Positions 1-11,500 of a stretch of DNA of 64,000 bases are shown here, piece after piece (positions within the stretch are counted from its first letter, which is position 1; each line of letters begins with the position of its first letter). Location: positions 66,898,001 through 66,962,000 of the forward strand of contig NC_043001.1 of the NCBI RefSeq assembly GCF_006345805.1. Reading direction: 5' to 3'. A program made the translations under genes and the position numbers. Source of the DNA: Octopus sinensis. Lineage: Eukaryota. Below the pieces are notes generated by a model, which saw only the letters and a program-made list of their open reading frames with translations, did not search any database and was not told the DNA's origin.

Positions 1-648
1 AAGAGGTAGACCCAGCAAAACCTGGGACGAGGTGGTGAAGCACAACCTTCGAACTTTAGGTCTCACCGAGGAAATGACTAGAGACTGAGACCTATGGAAG
101 TATGCTGTGCGTGAGAAGACCAAGCAGGACAAGTGAGACCATAACCCATGGCCTCTACCTGGGATGTAGTCAGTCCACTTATGCATACCTTTCCTTCTTT
201 GGACACAAAACTCTACTTGTGAAGACCTGTTGAGGCAAGTGAGAATCAGAATCAGAATCGAAATCGATCAACATCAATGGAAATTGTAGCTGTGATACTA
301 GTGCCGGTGGCATGTAAGCGAACAATCCGAACATGGCCGTTGCCAGCGCCGCCCCAACGGGCACCCATGCCGGTGGCCGTTGGCAGCCTCGCCTGGCCCC
401 CGTGCTGGTGGCATGTAAAAAGCGCCATCCGACCGTGACCGTTTGCCAGCTCCATCTGGCACGTAAAAAGCACCCACTACACTCACGGAGTGGTTGGCGT
501 TAGGAAGGGCATCCAGCTGTAGAAACATTGCCAGATCAGACTGGGCCTGGTGCAGCCTTCTGGCCTCCCAGACCCCAGTTGAACCGTCCAACCCATGCTA
601 GCATGGAAAGCGGACGCTAAATGATGATGATGCTGATGATGATGATGA
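1..648 (+). mobile_element. 3' end of RTE-clade LINE (ORF C-terminus, long 3'UTR, (TGA)n tail)
   Basis: Opening bases translate RGRPSKTWDEVVKHNLRTLGLTEEMTRD, typical of the RTE C-terminus. This is followed by a UTR with repeated GTGCYGGTGGCAYGTAAAAAGC modules and ends ...GGACGCTAAA(TGA)n. Confidence 0.85.
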
Positions 649-651
649 TTA

Positions 652-727
652 TTCAAGTCACTGCCCGGAATCAAACTCGGAATCTTGGGGATAGTAAGCT
701 GCGCTCTTAACCACTATGTCATATACC
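652..727 (-). mobile_element. Isolated tRNA-like (Pol III A/B box) head, same family as 62930-63002
   Basis: Reverse complement reads TGACATAGTGGTTAAGAGCGCAGC...GATTCCGAGTTTGATTCCGGGCAGTGAC and is closely similar to 62930-63002. Confidence 0.7.
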
Positions 728-1170
728 TTCATCATGATTATTTTGGTGTTTTATTTTTCATGCTTGCATGGATCATTTGAGATTTTATTTAAGGCATAAT
801 TTTTTAGAGCCTCAGTCTATCAATGAACAGTGCAGACGTATATCTTTTAGGGAACTACAAACAAATGACACCATTTGTATGAACAAGGAGGCTTTTGTTT
901 ACAATTAGCATGCATATGATGAGGGAGAATACAAACTCTGTCACACACACACACACATAGCATTCGCACAGCATACACATAGCATACATATACATACACA
1001 CACTTGATAAGCTTCTTTCAGTATCCATTTATAAACTGCACTCTCAAGGTATTGGTGAACCCCAGGCTATAGTAGTTGATACTGACAGCACCCATGCAGT
1101 GAGATTGAATCTCTAACCATATGGTGGCATAACTGTAAATTAAGGTAAAATACTTTATAGTATCTTCCTG

Positions 1171-1278
1171 AAATACCTTGGTGGTGATAGCTACCCAAAT
1201 GGATAAAATACCTTGATGGAGATAGCTACCCAAATGGATAAAATACCTTGATGGAGATAGCTACCCAAATGGATAAAA
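1171..1278. repeat. 35-bp minisatellite, 3 copies
   Basis: AAATACCTTGRTGGWGATAGCTACCCAAATGGATA starts at 1171, 1206 and 1241. Confidence 0.95.
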
Positions 1279-2044
1279 CTCAGCAGGTGAACAGAGATCA
1301 ATAAAACATCAAGACTGAGTATTCATGTTGACATAATTCATCTTTTAACATGGTACCCTAGAATAATGTCACTTTTCTGACTGAAACTAATGAAAGAATA
1401 AAAGATCTCAGAAACATGTGTGTGTGTGTATGTATGCATACAGAACCATTTTATCCTATGTTTTTCAAACTTAATTCAACAATATTAATCCTTCTGTCAA
1501 AAACCATAATCTCTCTTAATCCCTGTTAACAACTACTTTGACAATCTGTGCTCTCTCTCTCTCTCTCAAATGCCAGCCATTCCACATGACTGCCCCTTTA
1601 TTGCCAGACAATTCATCTAGACTTCCCACCCACATCTAACTCTATGTCAATTTCTACCTTAAACTGTCAACAACTAACCAAGGCTGCCATGTTGCTCTCT
1701 TAGTACATTCGAAGTAACTTCACAGGGTGGAATGTTTAGTGTGATACACCTCAGGTACCCCTTATATGACAAACCTACAGAGTAATATGTTGTGGTGTGA
1801 AGCACTGCATGTTCCCTAGTATGACAAACCTAGATGATGGAATATCCTGTATGAAGCCCTGCAACTCTCTTTCAGATTCCTAACACCATTAACAATAACA
1901 ATACATGCCATCAAGGAAGCTTTTATATTGTTATTCAGTCCACCAGAAATAGTAGCCAAATCTTCCTCAAATCACACTTCATGTTGGAAAAGGAGGAACA
2001 CATTGGATAATGTATCTATAGGAACACTGTTTTACTTTTTGTTG

Positions 2045-2240
2045 TATAGCCCCAGGTCAGCCTTGATACATCTGATATATGATCAAAGACATTTGCCAAG
2101 AATTGCTATCCTGTTTTTCTTGCAGGAGATAACTACATTACCGAAGGTGTCCTTCCTTTTTTTAAGATAGAAGGATGTGATTTGAAGGATATTTGGTTGC
2201 TATTTTTAGCAGGTTGAGAGACCATGTAAGAAGACTTCTA
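2045..2240 (+). mobile_element. ~200-bp unclassified interspersed repeat (family C). Other copies at about 16025-16200 (+), 19505-19710 (-), 25945-26100 (+), 39560-39790 (+), 52440-52635 (-)
   Basis: Shared motifs CCCAGGTCA...GATCAAAGACATT...GTGATTT...GCTATTTYTAGCAG recur in the listed copies. Confidence 0.6.
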
Positions 2241-3477
2241 ATTCACTTGAAATATGCTGTCTGACAAACTGATAGGATTGCCATGGTTAGACAATCATAG
2301 GTCTGCTGAATCAACACATTAAACCAGTAAATCACACAAGTGATTGACTTTAAAGAAATCACTATAATAGAAGAATAAACTGTCACATTTTCAAGTTCAG
2401 TATCATTAATATAACTGCAATTTTATTTATTGATACCTGACTCCAAATATAATGGGATGTAATATTTTTTATTGATATCTAGTCTTAAGTATTTGGATTG
2501 GTTAAAGTTGCATCATATTGGAGTTACGACCAGATTTGGCCTTAACTCAACCATGATGCAGGTTGTGGCATTTTAAAATTCAAACTATAAACATAAATGC
2601 AACTACCTAAGGAACTGTAATCAAAATTGTACCTGTTGTGAGGTAAAAATATTGTATTGGCAGAATTGTTAGTGTCAGCAAACATTCCTGCATTATTTAC
2701 TTAAATCTCACTGAAGTCAACTTTTGTCTTTCTGGTGTTGATAACATAACACACCAGTAATATATCAAAGTAGATTCCTATAATGTATTTTAATTCTGAA
2801 TAGAGTTATAACAGCTATCAGTTTGGTGACAATGCTGGACATATTTCAGTCTTCTTAGGCTTGGTATTTCAGGTTAATTGGACCAACCTCATAACCATGT
2901 CTGAGTGAAGGGAGCTATTTTACTTCACTAGCACCTTCTCTCTTGCAATTAAATCTAAACCAGCGAAGCTATAGAAACAAACAATAAAAAAATCAATGAA
3001 GGTTATAAAAGAGATGAAAGAAAGTTTTAAAAATTAGCTTCTTTTAAATATTTGTTTTATTATATTTGCTGTGCTTCTTATGTTTAAATAGTTATTTGTT
3101 ACTTGTCATAATTCAATTTCTAAGTCCTTCCCCATATCTCAAGTACTATGACACAATTAGGAAGAACTAAATTCTCCTCTAACTATTCATACCTTTAGAA
3201 TTATAAATTATGTCAACTTTCAAAATACTTTCCCATTTTATTCTGTCAGCTTTGAAAATCTCATTAATCATAGCTTAATTGAAATTTTCAACACTTATGT
3301 GTTAAAAATTCCTACCACTGGTTTTCTTTTTACCTGTCTGTAGACAACTTGTACAGATATAATCTGCAGAAGCAACAATTCCTCTTTCTTCCAATTATCT
3401 TTTGTCTTCACAATGTCACTCAAACACCCACAACCACACACACACTATATATATATATATATAACGGGAAGCTTTAT

Positions 3478-3590
3478 GAAAATAGACAAAAGACGAAGGC
3501 AGGTGGAAAACAAACGAACAATTATATTAGTATGGCGCTCAGGAAATATATAAACAATCATCATATTTTCTACTCATGGATTTGATGACT
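3478..3590. mobile_element. (TA)n-anchored repeat related to 26990-27140 and 43305-43520
   Basis: AAAAGACGAAGRCAGGTG...AAAC...ATATTAGT...GCTCAGGAA is shared with 43330-43386, and a shorter part with 27018-27055. Confidence 0.55.
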
Positions 3591-4424
3591 CAATAGGGTC
3601 CAGTGTTACTCATATGTTTCAGTTTTGTCAGGGTTTCTACTGCTTAATACCCTCCCTAATGACAGTAACTTTTACAGTGTACTGGGTACCGTTTTTATTG
3701 CACCAACATAAGTGAGGTCACTTTGCAACTTGCTAGAATAATGGACCCCTCAACTGTGTGGGATTATGAAAGAGAAATAGGTAAATTTATATGAGCTGTT
3801 CATAGGTTATTCTGTGGTATGAGGAACAAGAACTATTTTATTGTTGTGGAAAAGATCTATGATAACTCTTCATTATATATGGGTGAGTGCGGGGGTGGAT
3901 GGGATGAAGAACCAGAGTATACACTAAAGATGACTTGTCCGTGAAGGTAAATAGATGACACCTTGAAGACAGAGGAATCAAGATGGACAGGAAATAGTTG
4001 TAAGAATGTAGGTGGGAGTGTGTGCTAAAAATGGCTAGAAATAGGAGTGAAGGTGCTTGGAAGTATATTGAGGGTGAACAAGGGTGAAGAGGATTGATAG
4101 TAAATATGAGTTAGGGTGGTTATGTGGATCAGGAGAAAGGGAGTGGGTGATGATTTGCAGTACTGAAAGAATGATGTTATGAAATGTAGCAACCGGTTCT
4201 ACTTTCATTAATTACAACTGCAAAATAGAACAGTTGATAGTTGAGTGGTAGGGGGATGAGTGATAAGGAGATGATGAGTGATCTTACACACACATATAAA
4301 TGTATGTTATATGTGCGTGTCTAAGCACATGATGGCCAAATGGTTAAGAGGTTTGTTTGTCACCACAAGGTCCCAGTTATAATAACATTACATGGCATCC
4401 TGGGCTAATACCCTTTTCTGCGAC

Positions 4425-4855
4425 CTTAAGGTCAACCTATACCTTGTCAAAGAAAAGAGCCAGGAAGACATTGGATGAAGTACTGAAGGATGATCTCAAG
4501 ACACTAAACCTTACATAGGAGATGTCAAAGGACATTTGACTCCTTGCTGACCCATCCTCCACAACAGAAGTGTTAATGCTGCTTCCCCTACGGAAGAGGA
4601 TTGGCCTGCAAGAGCCCTGTGCCAGTGCCACATAAAAAGCACCCATGCCAGTGCCACATAAAGGCAGCCATGCTAGTGCCACGTGAAAATCACCTAGCAC
4701 ACTCTGCGAAGTGGTTGGTATTAGGAAGGGCATCCAGTCATAAAAACCAAGCTAAATTAGATTGGAACCTGATGCAGCTACCCTGCTTGCTAGCTGCGGT
4801 CAATTCATCCGACCCATGCCAGCATGGAAAACAGATGTGAAATGATGACGATGAA
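4425..4855 (+). mobile_element. RTE LINE 3' end (decayed)
   Basis: RARKTLDEVLKDDLKTLNLT-like translation, then the same 3'UTR and tail as 1-648. Confidence 0.8.
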
Positions 4856-4987
4856 ACTGTAACAGCCCACTGAGTGGATGGACTGTGTGATTCATTTGCC
4901 ATTTTTTGGTCTAGTTCCTTTCCAATTCTACCATTTTTAGTCTGGATTCCTACAATTTCTGCCTTCCACTGCCTTTGAAACAGTGGT

Positions 4988-5180
4988 TTCAAATTTAGGT
5001 ACAAGGCCAGTAAATTCGGTGCAGTGAGTAAGTCGATTACATCAACCCCAAAGCCCAAATGGTACTTATTTTATCAACCCTGAAAGGATGAAAGGCAAAG
5101 TTGAACTCAGAATGTACTGACAGATGAAATTCTGCTAAGCATTTTGCCCAGCTTGCTAACAATTCTGCCAGCTTGCCGCC
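4988..5180 (-). mobile_element. Short (~215 bp) tRNA-derived SINE (family B)
   Basis: Reverse complement begins GGCGGCAAGCTGGCAGAATTGTTAGC and contains TTCTGAGTTCAA...CTTTGCCTTTCATCC...AAGTACCA. It abuts (TTA)n. Confidence 0.75.
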
Positions 5181-5257
5181 TTATTATTATTATTATTATT
5201 ATTATTAATAATGATGATAATAATAATAATAATAATAATAACGACGACTACGGCGAT

Positions 5258-5715
5258 TTCAAATTTTGGCTCAAGGTCAGCAATTTCGGGAGGGGCTAAG
5301 TTGAAATATTGACTCCAGTACTCAACTGGTACTTATTTTATTGACCCTGAAAAGAAGGAAAGGTAATAATAATAATAATAATGAAATTATTGTATACAGT
5401 GCTCAGGTGCTCCACAACTTGTCAAAAGTGCATATAAAGCATAAGCAGTAACGTACGAATGTCTTGGAAGTGAACAGTGTATGAATCAGATACATGCCTG
5501 CGTGTGTATGGAGGGGAGAAAATCAGGTGTAGTGTTGGTGAATCTCAGGAAGCATGGAAGTTTTGAAGGATGCAATGCTCCGACAACTAACAACTGATGT
5601 CGGCAGTCTGTTCCATGCTTCAGCAACTCTTAGCATGAAAAATTGTTTCCGAAAGTCAACCTCAGCGGAATTTGAACTCAGAACATAAAGACAGACAAAA
5701 TACTGCAAAGCTGTT
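5258..5715 (-). mobile_element. SINE family B copy split by a CR1 insertion
   Basis: Family B sequence stops at about 5366 (GAAAGG) and resumes at about 5656 (GTCAACCTCAGCGGAATTTGAACTCAGAAC). Confidence 0.65.
5367..5655 (-). mobile_element. CR1-clade LINE 3' end
   Basis: Minus-strand translation FRKQFFMLRVAEAWNRLPTSVVSCRSIASFKTSML matches the CR1 C-terminal motif. Ends in an (ATT)n tail. Confidence 0.8.
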
Positions 5716-6046
5716 CATTAAATAAGCCCCGTATGAACGGGACTTCATTATAGCAAGCCCTGTATTTGAGTGGTACATCAGATACCTTATTATGTCAACC
5801 ACTGAAGGATGAGCTGTAAGGCTGACTTTGGGAAGATTTGAACTCAACATAACCATTAACTTCTACTATTAAATAGCATAACTAGTTACAACATTTCAAT
5901 TAAGATCAGTTTTAGTTTAAAGCCAGCATAAGGTTACTTCTCGTAGCTAATGTAGAATGTTCTGGAGGGTTTGATAATGGATTCCAAGGTAGGCAGGGAC
6001 TAGAACCAGTTGTCTGTAAGTAGGTATCAGAATCAAGGAGGTGGTG

Positions 6047-6272
6047 CGTGTTTGTGTATGGATTAGAAACGAGGGTATATATGTGTGTGTAGAATAAGAC
6101 GTTACTACTTCCGCTTCCGTTTCCCTGTTTGGAATATTTATTGCTGAGCAAGACGAAGTAAATTTTAAATTAGAGATAATAATTAAAGGGAAGTAACTCT
6201 TATAGACCTAACGTTTTATCTTTCTCTCGTGTATGAGTGTATATATATATATGTGATGAGTAAGAGAGACAC
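6047..6272 (+). promoter_or_regulatory. Candidate promoter: local CpG cluster with tandem ETS-like sites
   Basis: Nine CpGs in about 225 bp of non-repeat DNA, versus very few in neighbouring intron. ACTTCCGCTTCCGTTTCC at about 6107-6124 is GGAAACGGAAGCGGAAGT on the minus strand. A possible donor GAA|GTAAAT lies near 6158. Confidence 0.45.
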
Positions 6273-6595
6273 GAGAGTCAGTTAAAAATCTAGACAAGAC
6301 ATATTACCTAGTATAGCACTGAGGAAATAAGATAGATTAATTGTAGCAGTTGTAAATTTGTTACCTTAACTCTGGCAAGAATTGGTGTAGAAGCTTAGTT
6401 ATTTCAGTTTCTTGGGAAATGTATGTTCTTGGAGATGAATGTTCTGCTAAAACTAATCTTGGAATCATATATGACATGGAACGGTCTGGTCTTCATTTTG
6501 TTTTACTGAGACAATTTTCTCTTTGATGCTCCCTGCTTGTACCTGTTCCACAGGTGTTAACTTAGAAAGGTTCAAGAGGATCATCAGTGGTATAA

Positions 6596-6646
6596 ATGAA
6601 GGGCTGCAAAGGTCATAAGCACTGCTCCTTCTTGCAGACCCAGCAA
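6596..6646 (+). CDS. PHLDB: Candidate start-coding exon (MKGCKGHKHCSFLQTQQ) of a PHLDB isoform; exon 6554-6646
   Basis: Strong acceptor ...CCTGTTCCACAG at 6553 and an in-frame TAA immediately before ATG 6596. The phase-0 donor CAA|GTAAAA at 6647 joins in frame to 7076. Confidence 0.4.
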
Positions 6647-7075
6647 GTAAAATAAAACTTCCTTAAAACATAAGGCAGTGTTTCAAATCAAGACTCAAAA
6701 GTTAATAATCAATCTTTCTTGTTTTATTTACCACTTCCTTTTCTAGTCTATAATGTTCAATATTGCTTTATTGAATTCTGTTTAGAACTATTATTTTAGG
6801 TTTATTATTGTATATTTTTTTACCTGTGGCATCATACTCCACCTCTATTTTGTTTTGTCAACAGCAGACAGATTAGAAGTCAGAAAACAATGAAAAGGAA
6901 ATCACTTGTTTTTCTGCCCAATTTTATAGAGGTGGTGAGCTAGTCTGTTGAGTCAACCTCATTATATTACTGGTATCACTAATACTTAGAAGACCACTAT
7001 CATTTGTCAGAAGTTGATGAGTACTTCATTGAATTTGCAATTCTGTATGAAATCTATTTCTGTGTTTCTTCTAAG

Positions 7076-7201
7076 GAATCTGAATTGTGGCGTCAGTTGG
7101 GCAGATTGAAGAAATCAAAGGGAGACTTACTGTTGAAAATTGCAGACTTGAAGAAAGAAATTGTAGAAATTGAAAACCAGGAGAATGAAGCTATCAGAGA
7201 A
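7076..7201 (+). CDS. PHLDB: PHLDB-family coiled-coil exon A: ESELWRQLGRLKKSKGDLLLKIADLKKEIVEIENQENEAIRE
   Basis: TTTCTTCTAAG acceptor and GAA|GTATGT donor, 126 bp, phase 0-0, heptad-rich. Joins exon B to give a ...EAIRE-LEFEQALLEGE motif recalled from PHLDB1/2. Confidence 0.85.
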
Positions 7202-7215
7202 GTATGTTAATATTT

Positions 7216-7216
<1 letters not shown>

Positions 7217-7299
<83 letters not shown>

Positions 7300-7330
7300 T
7301 ATATATCATCATCATCATCATCATCATCAT
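7217..7330. repeat. (CT)n-(TA)n-(CAT)n compound microsatellite
   Basis: Directly visible. Confidence 0.95.
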
Positions 7331-7520
7331 TTAGTGTCCGCTTTCCATGCTAGCATGGGTTGGACGGTTCAACTGGGGTCTGGGAAGCCCAGAAGGCTGC
7401 ACCAGGCCCAGTCTCATCTGGCAATGTTTCTACGGCTGGATGCCCTTCCTAACGCCAACCACTCCATGAGTGTAGTGAGTGCCAGACGGGGCTGGCAAAC
7501 GGCCACAGTCGGATGGTGCT
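7307..7520 (-). mobile_element. RTE 3' tail copy
   Basis: Reverse complement of 480-648, beginning at (CAT)n. Confidence 0.85.
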
Positions 7521-7767
7521 TATGGTAAAGTTGAGCTCGGCGGGATTTAAAACATTAAGAGTCGCGGGATTTAAAACATATATATCTGTCTGTCTATCTA
7601 TCTCTATCTATCTATCCATCTGTGTTTGTCAAGTTATCAATCTGTTGATCATAAAATGTGTTGTTAACAAATTTGGTTCTCCTACCACATGGTTTCATGT
7701 TCAGTCTCACAGCATAGCACCTAGGGCAAGTACCTTCTATAGCCCTGGGTTGATCAAAGCTTATAGG

Positions 7768-8155
7768 CATAGGAGTGGCTGTGTGGTAAGTAGCTTGCTT
7801 ATGAACTACATGGTTCCGGGTTCAGTCCTACTGTGTGGCACCTTGGGCAAGTGTTTTCTACTATAACCTTGGGGCAACCAAAGCCTTGTGAGTGGATTTG
7901 GTAGATGGAAACTGAAAGAAGCCCGTCGTATATATATGTGTGTGTGTATGTTTGTGTGTCTGTGTTTGTCCCCCCCAACATAGCTTGACAACCAATGCTG
8001 GTGTGTTTACGTCCCTGTAACTTAGCGGCTCAACAAAAGGTACCGATAGAATAGGTACTAGGCTTACAAAGAATAAGTCTTGGGGTCGATGTACTCAACT
8101 AAAAGCGATGCTCCAGCATGGCCACAGTCAAATGACTGAAACAAGTAAAAGATTA
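7768..8155 (+). mobile_element. tRNA-derived SINE with CORE-like CCTTGGGCAAGT motif (family A)
   Basis: GGAGTGGCTGTGTGGTAAGTAGC head and GGGTTCAGTCC B-box-like motif, an internal (TA/TG)n tract, and 3' GCTCCAGCATGGCCACAGTCAAATGACTGAAAC. Confidence 0.8.
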
Positions 8156-9034
8156 ATACATCTGGTAGACAGAAACTGAAAGAAACCTGTTGCATGTGTG
8201 TGTGTCCTTGTCTTGGAATCACATAATAATTGTAAATGAGTGTCACTGCCATGAAAGGAGTGCCATTCATTTCTAATATTTTCTGAAAACATATCTGACC
8301 TTGGGAGAAATATTACCTTACTTGGAAACAGATGAGGGTTAGCAACAGGAAGGGTATCCAGCCATAGAAAATCTATCTCAATAAGCTTAGTCAGATGCAA
8401 GCCTGGAAAGTGAATGTTAAAATGACTCTGTGTGTGTGTGTGTCTGTGTGTCTGATTTTGCTATATGTCCAAAATAACTATTACTAACTAATGCTAAAAA
8501 TACATTTCTGATATAAATAAAAAGACAACATTTTGATGACATCTCAAACCTTTAACATTGACCACTTCTTAATAACTAAAAGATTGTTCCTGGATGCAAT
8601 ACTCCATGTTGCTTGTGTTTCAGGGGAGTGCAGGACATAAATGTATGATGTTTATATCCAACTCAGGTGTTTTAAAAAGTCAATAATTTATTAAATACAA
8701 GTTCCAAAGATAAGTCGCTACTCTTAGTTCAAAAGGTTTATGATTACATTTATCAACAAGCAGTGAAATGCAAAGTAATTCTACAAACATCTTCACTTAT
8801 GATTTGAACCACTTTTCTTCCTCACAAATGATCACATCCATTTGTCAAACATTTTTCTCTCCTACAAATGTCTGTGGCTATGAGTCAAACCATTTCTGTA
8901 GAAATTTGAGCACCAGAAGTTCCATTTAGCATTTTGTAATTCCATGTTGCACATCTACAACACTAAATGTCTGTGGCTATGCTATGTACCCATATGAAGA
9001 ATCGTTATAATCTCCACTTTTGTTTTTCTTTCAG

Positions 9035-9172
9035 TTGGAATTCGAACAGGCCTTATTAGAAGGGGAACACCAGACTGAAATGAATGAGTTACAGGTTGAG
9101 CAGGAACTCATCAACCAACTCAAGAAAAAACATGATGAAATTGTAGAAAAAGCAGCACTGGAACGGGAAAGA
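9035..9172 (+). CDS. PHLDB: PHLDB exon B: LEFEQALLEGEHQTEMNELQVEQELINQLKKKHDEIVEKAALERER
   Basis: TTTTTCTTTCAG acceptor and AGA|GTAAGT donor, 138 bp, phase 0-0. Resembles the vertebrate PHLDB2 segment LDMECALLDGEQ...EKEILDHL as recalled; confirm by BLAST. Confidence 0.9.
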
Positions 9173-9984
9173 GTAAGTGGATTGTGTCAATTACCATAAT
9201 CCTTAGTTCTTGCTTTAGACTATGCTTTGGTCGCTGAGATCTTGAAAGATGGAACACATTTCATAGGACAAAACAGTAACCCCTTTCCAAATCAATGAAG
9301 ATTTATCAAATCAAAGAGGATGTATTTAACCTAGATAACTCTAAGTTGTATGATAATTTAGAAAAACTTGTTTATAAACATCAACCAGAGGAACTGGGTT
9401 TACAAGGTCTTCAAATTACTCCTGAAGCAGTCCAGTATCGGAATTGTGATTAGTTGATGGTCTCCACATTGGACATCTGTGATCAGTGAGTGCAGTCAGT
9501 TTTTGTTTGCAGTGGTGTGGAATCACTGAGTGGAGTTGGTTCAACTTGGGTGAAAATTGACACAAACAAACATGTAATATCTAATATTAGTAAATTCCAT
9601 ACCTGAGTTCATTAACTGCTATTGATACCCATCATCAACTGGACTAAACTGCTATACACTATAGTAAACTAGTTTAGTAATCTCCCTTAATAAACAGGAA
9701 CAATAGCTTGTTAGTAAACTACTATTTGGTGTACTAGTAGTTGCTCTTAATAGGCATGAGCATTAGCTTGCCAAGTATTTAACCAGATGTTTAGCTGAAA
9801 CATTGTAGGAGTGGCTATAATGATGGAGTTATTCTATTATTTCAACAGTAACAAAAATCTATTTTCATTATTTAATTTATTAAAACAAACATAACAGTTT
9901 TAATTTGTTCAGTTTAGAATTTCATAAGAATATCTCTGTGTTAAAGTATATATGTTGTGGAGGTTTACATGTTTGTATGTATGT

Positions 9985-10011
9985 GTACACACACACACAC
10001 ACACACACACA

Positions 10012-10064
<53 letters not shown>

Positions 10065-10102
10065 ACACACACACACACGCACATACCTGCTCACACATAA
10101 TG

Positions 10103-10167
<65 letters not shown>

Positions 10168-10200
10168 ATCTATATATATGCATATATATAGTTATATAAA
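9985..10200. repeat. (CA)n-(CT)n-(TA)n-(TG)n compound microsatellite
   Basis: Directly visible. Confidence 0.95.
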
Positions 10201-10749
10201 AATAGGTAAGTCTAATATTGGAAGTCAATATTAATTAGTTGATACATGTTGAGAAATAACTACCTGGGAAATCAGGATTTGTCACATTTTGTAATTCCAT
10301 TTATATCATTTTATAACTATGTATTTTATAGCTTCATGTTGTAGAACTTTGCAGCTTCTTGTTGCATTTTGTAACTCCATGCTGTAGAATTTTGTAGTCC
10401 CATGTAGCATTTTGTACCATCATATAGCATTTTGTTGTTCCTTGTTAGAGAATCCTATAACAGCATGCTATAGAAATTTGTAGCACCATGTAGTTCCATT
10501 TAGCATTTTGTAGTTCTATGTTGCACATCCACAACACTAAATTTTAACTTCCAACATGTATTTTTCTAATTTGCAAATACTAAGTCCCTGGACGGACTGA
10601 AAACATAAAACTAAGTAAATTAATATCATATAGATGCAAACCTATGTTCTATTAAAACTGGTATTGAGGAATCTTGGGATAATGTTGTTAGATAAGTCCC
10701 AAGTTAGCCCTGATCCAGATGTCTCTTTGGCCCTTAGGTTACAGCCTGA

Positions 10750-11010
10750 ATTATTAAATGCTCTCTACAGCATGCCTCTGTCTAGTAGAAGACAACGATG
10801 CACATCCTGACATGCAGTGGTTAATTGTCTGTGGCAATGTTGCAGTTAGAATGTGTTGATCTCTTTTTGCTGCTCTGTCTATTTCTGACGTGTGGTGGTT
10901 AATTGTATGTGGTACAGTGGTGGTTTGTATGCTATGATTGAGTTTATCTCTGGGTACAAACAGTCTAGCCATGACCATCTCCTAATTATATCATTCTGTT
11001 TTGAGTACAT
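10750..11010 (-). mobile_element. Possible highly decayed R4/Dong-like non-LTR fragment (zinc-knuckle region)
   Basis: QTINHCMSGCASLSSTRQRH resembles the ETIxHIxSGCxxL...Y.RRHD motif of RLE-bearing elements. Confidence 0.3.
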
Positions 11011-11294
11011 CATTAACTTCCCCATTAGTTCAGGTAATTCTAAATGTATTTAGCAGAATTGCAAAATGTCAAAATTTACAAAATTATATCACATATCTGG
11101 AACTGGTAAGGAAAGAAATGTAAAATTTTTAAGCTTTTTTTTTTGAAACAAAGAAAAAATAAAGGAACCTAAATATGCTTATTATATGTGATGCTGTTGG
11201 AAAATAGCTGAAAAACACAAGTCACTACAGGTACCTCTAGTATTTGCTTAATCAGCTTGAAATAGCAGCCATATCTCCCTGAAATTACATCATC

Positions 11295-11500
11295 ATTTAG
11301 TATCTATTTTTCTTGCTAGCATAGGTTGAACAGTTTGACAGGATCCAGCAAGATGCAGTGCTGCAATGGCCACAATGTCAGCTTTGGCATGGTTTCTACA
11401 GTCAGATACCTTTCTTTTTTCTTTATACTAACCACTTTACAGTGTATACTGGGTGTTTCTATTGTACACCTCCAACACTTGTGAAGCTGTCAAGTAACTT
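11295..11500 (-). mobile_element. RTE 3' tail copy (decayed)
   Basis: TTTGGCATGGTTTCTACAG and CCAACACTT motifs shared with other tails. Confidence 0.65.

Noticed and set aside
1171-1278. 35-bp repeats as a CRISPR array
   Set aside because: Contiguous tandem units with no unique spacers, in a eukaryotic context with no cas genes.
3860-4270. G/purine-rich tracts here and at 11540-11780, 23700-24050, 47340-47600
   Set aside because: Probably very old LINE debris, but no protein motif could be recovered, so not annotated.
7004-7210. ORF-track start at TTG 7004, and similar extensions at 34399, 35848
   Set aside because: These are exon reading frames extended into introns; the AG/GT boundaries define the real coding parts.
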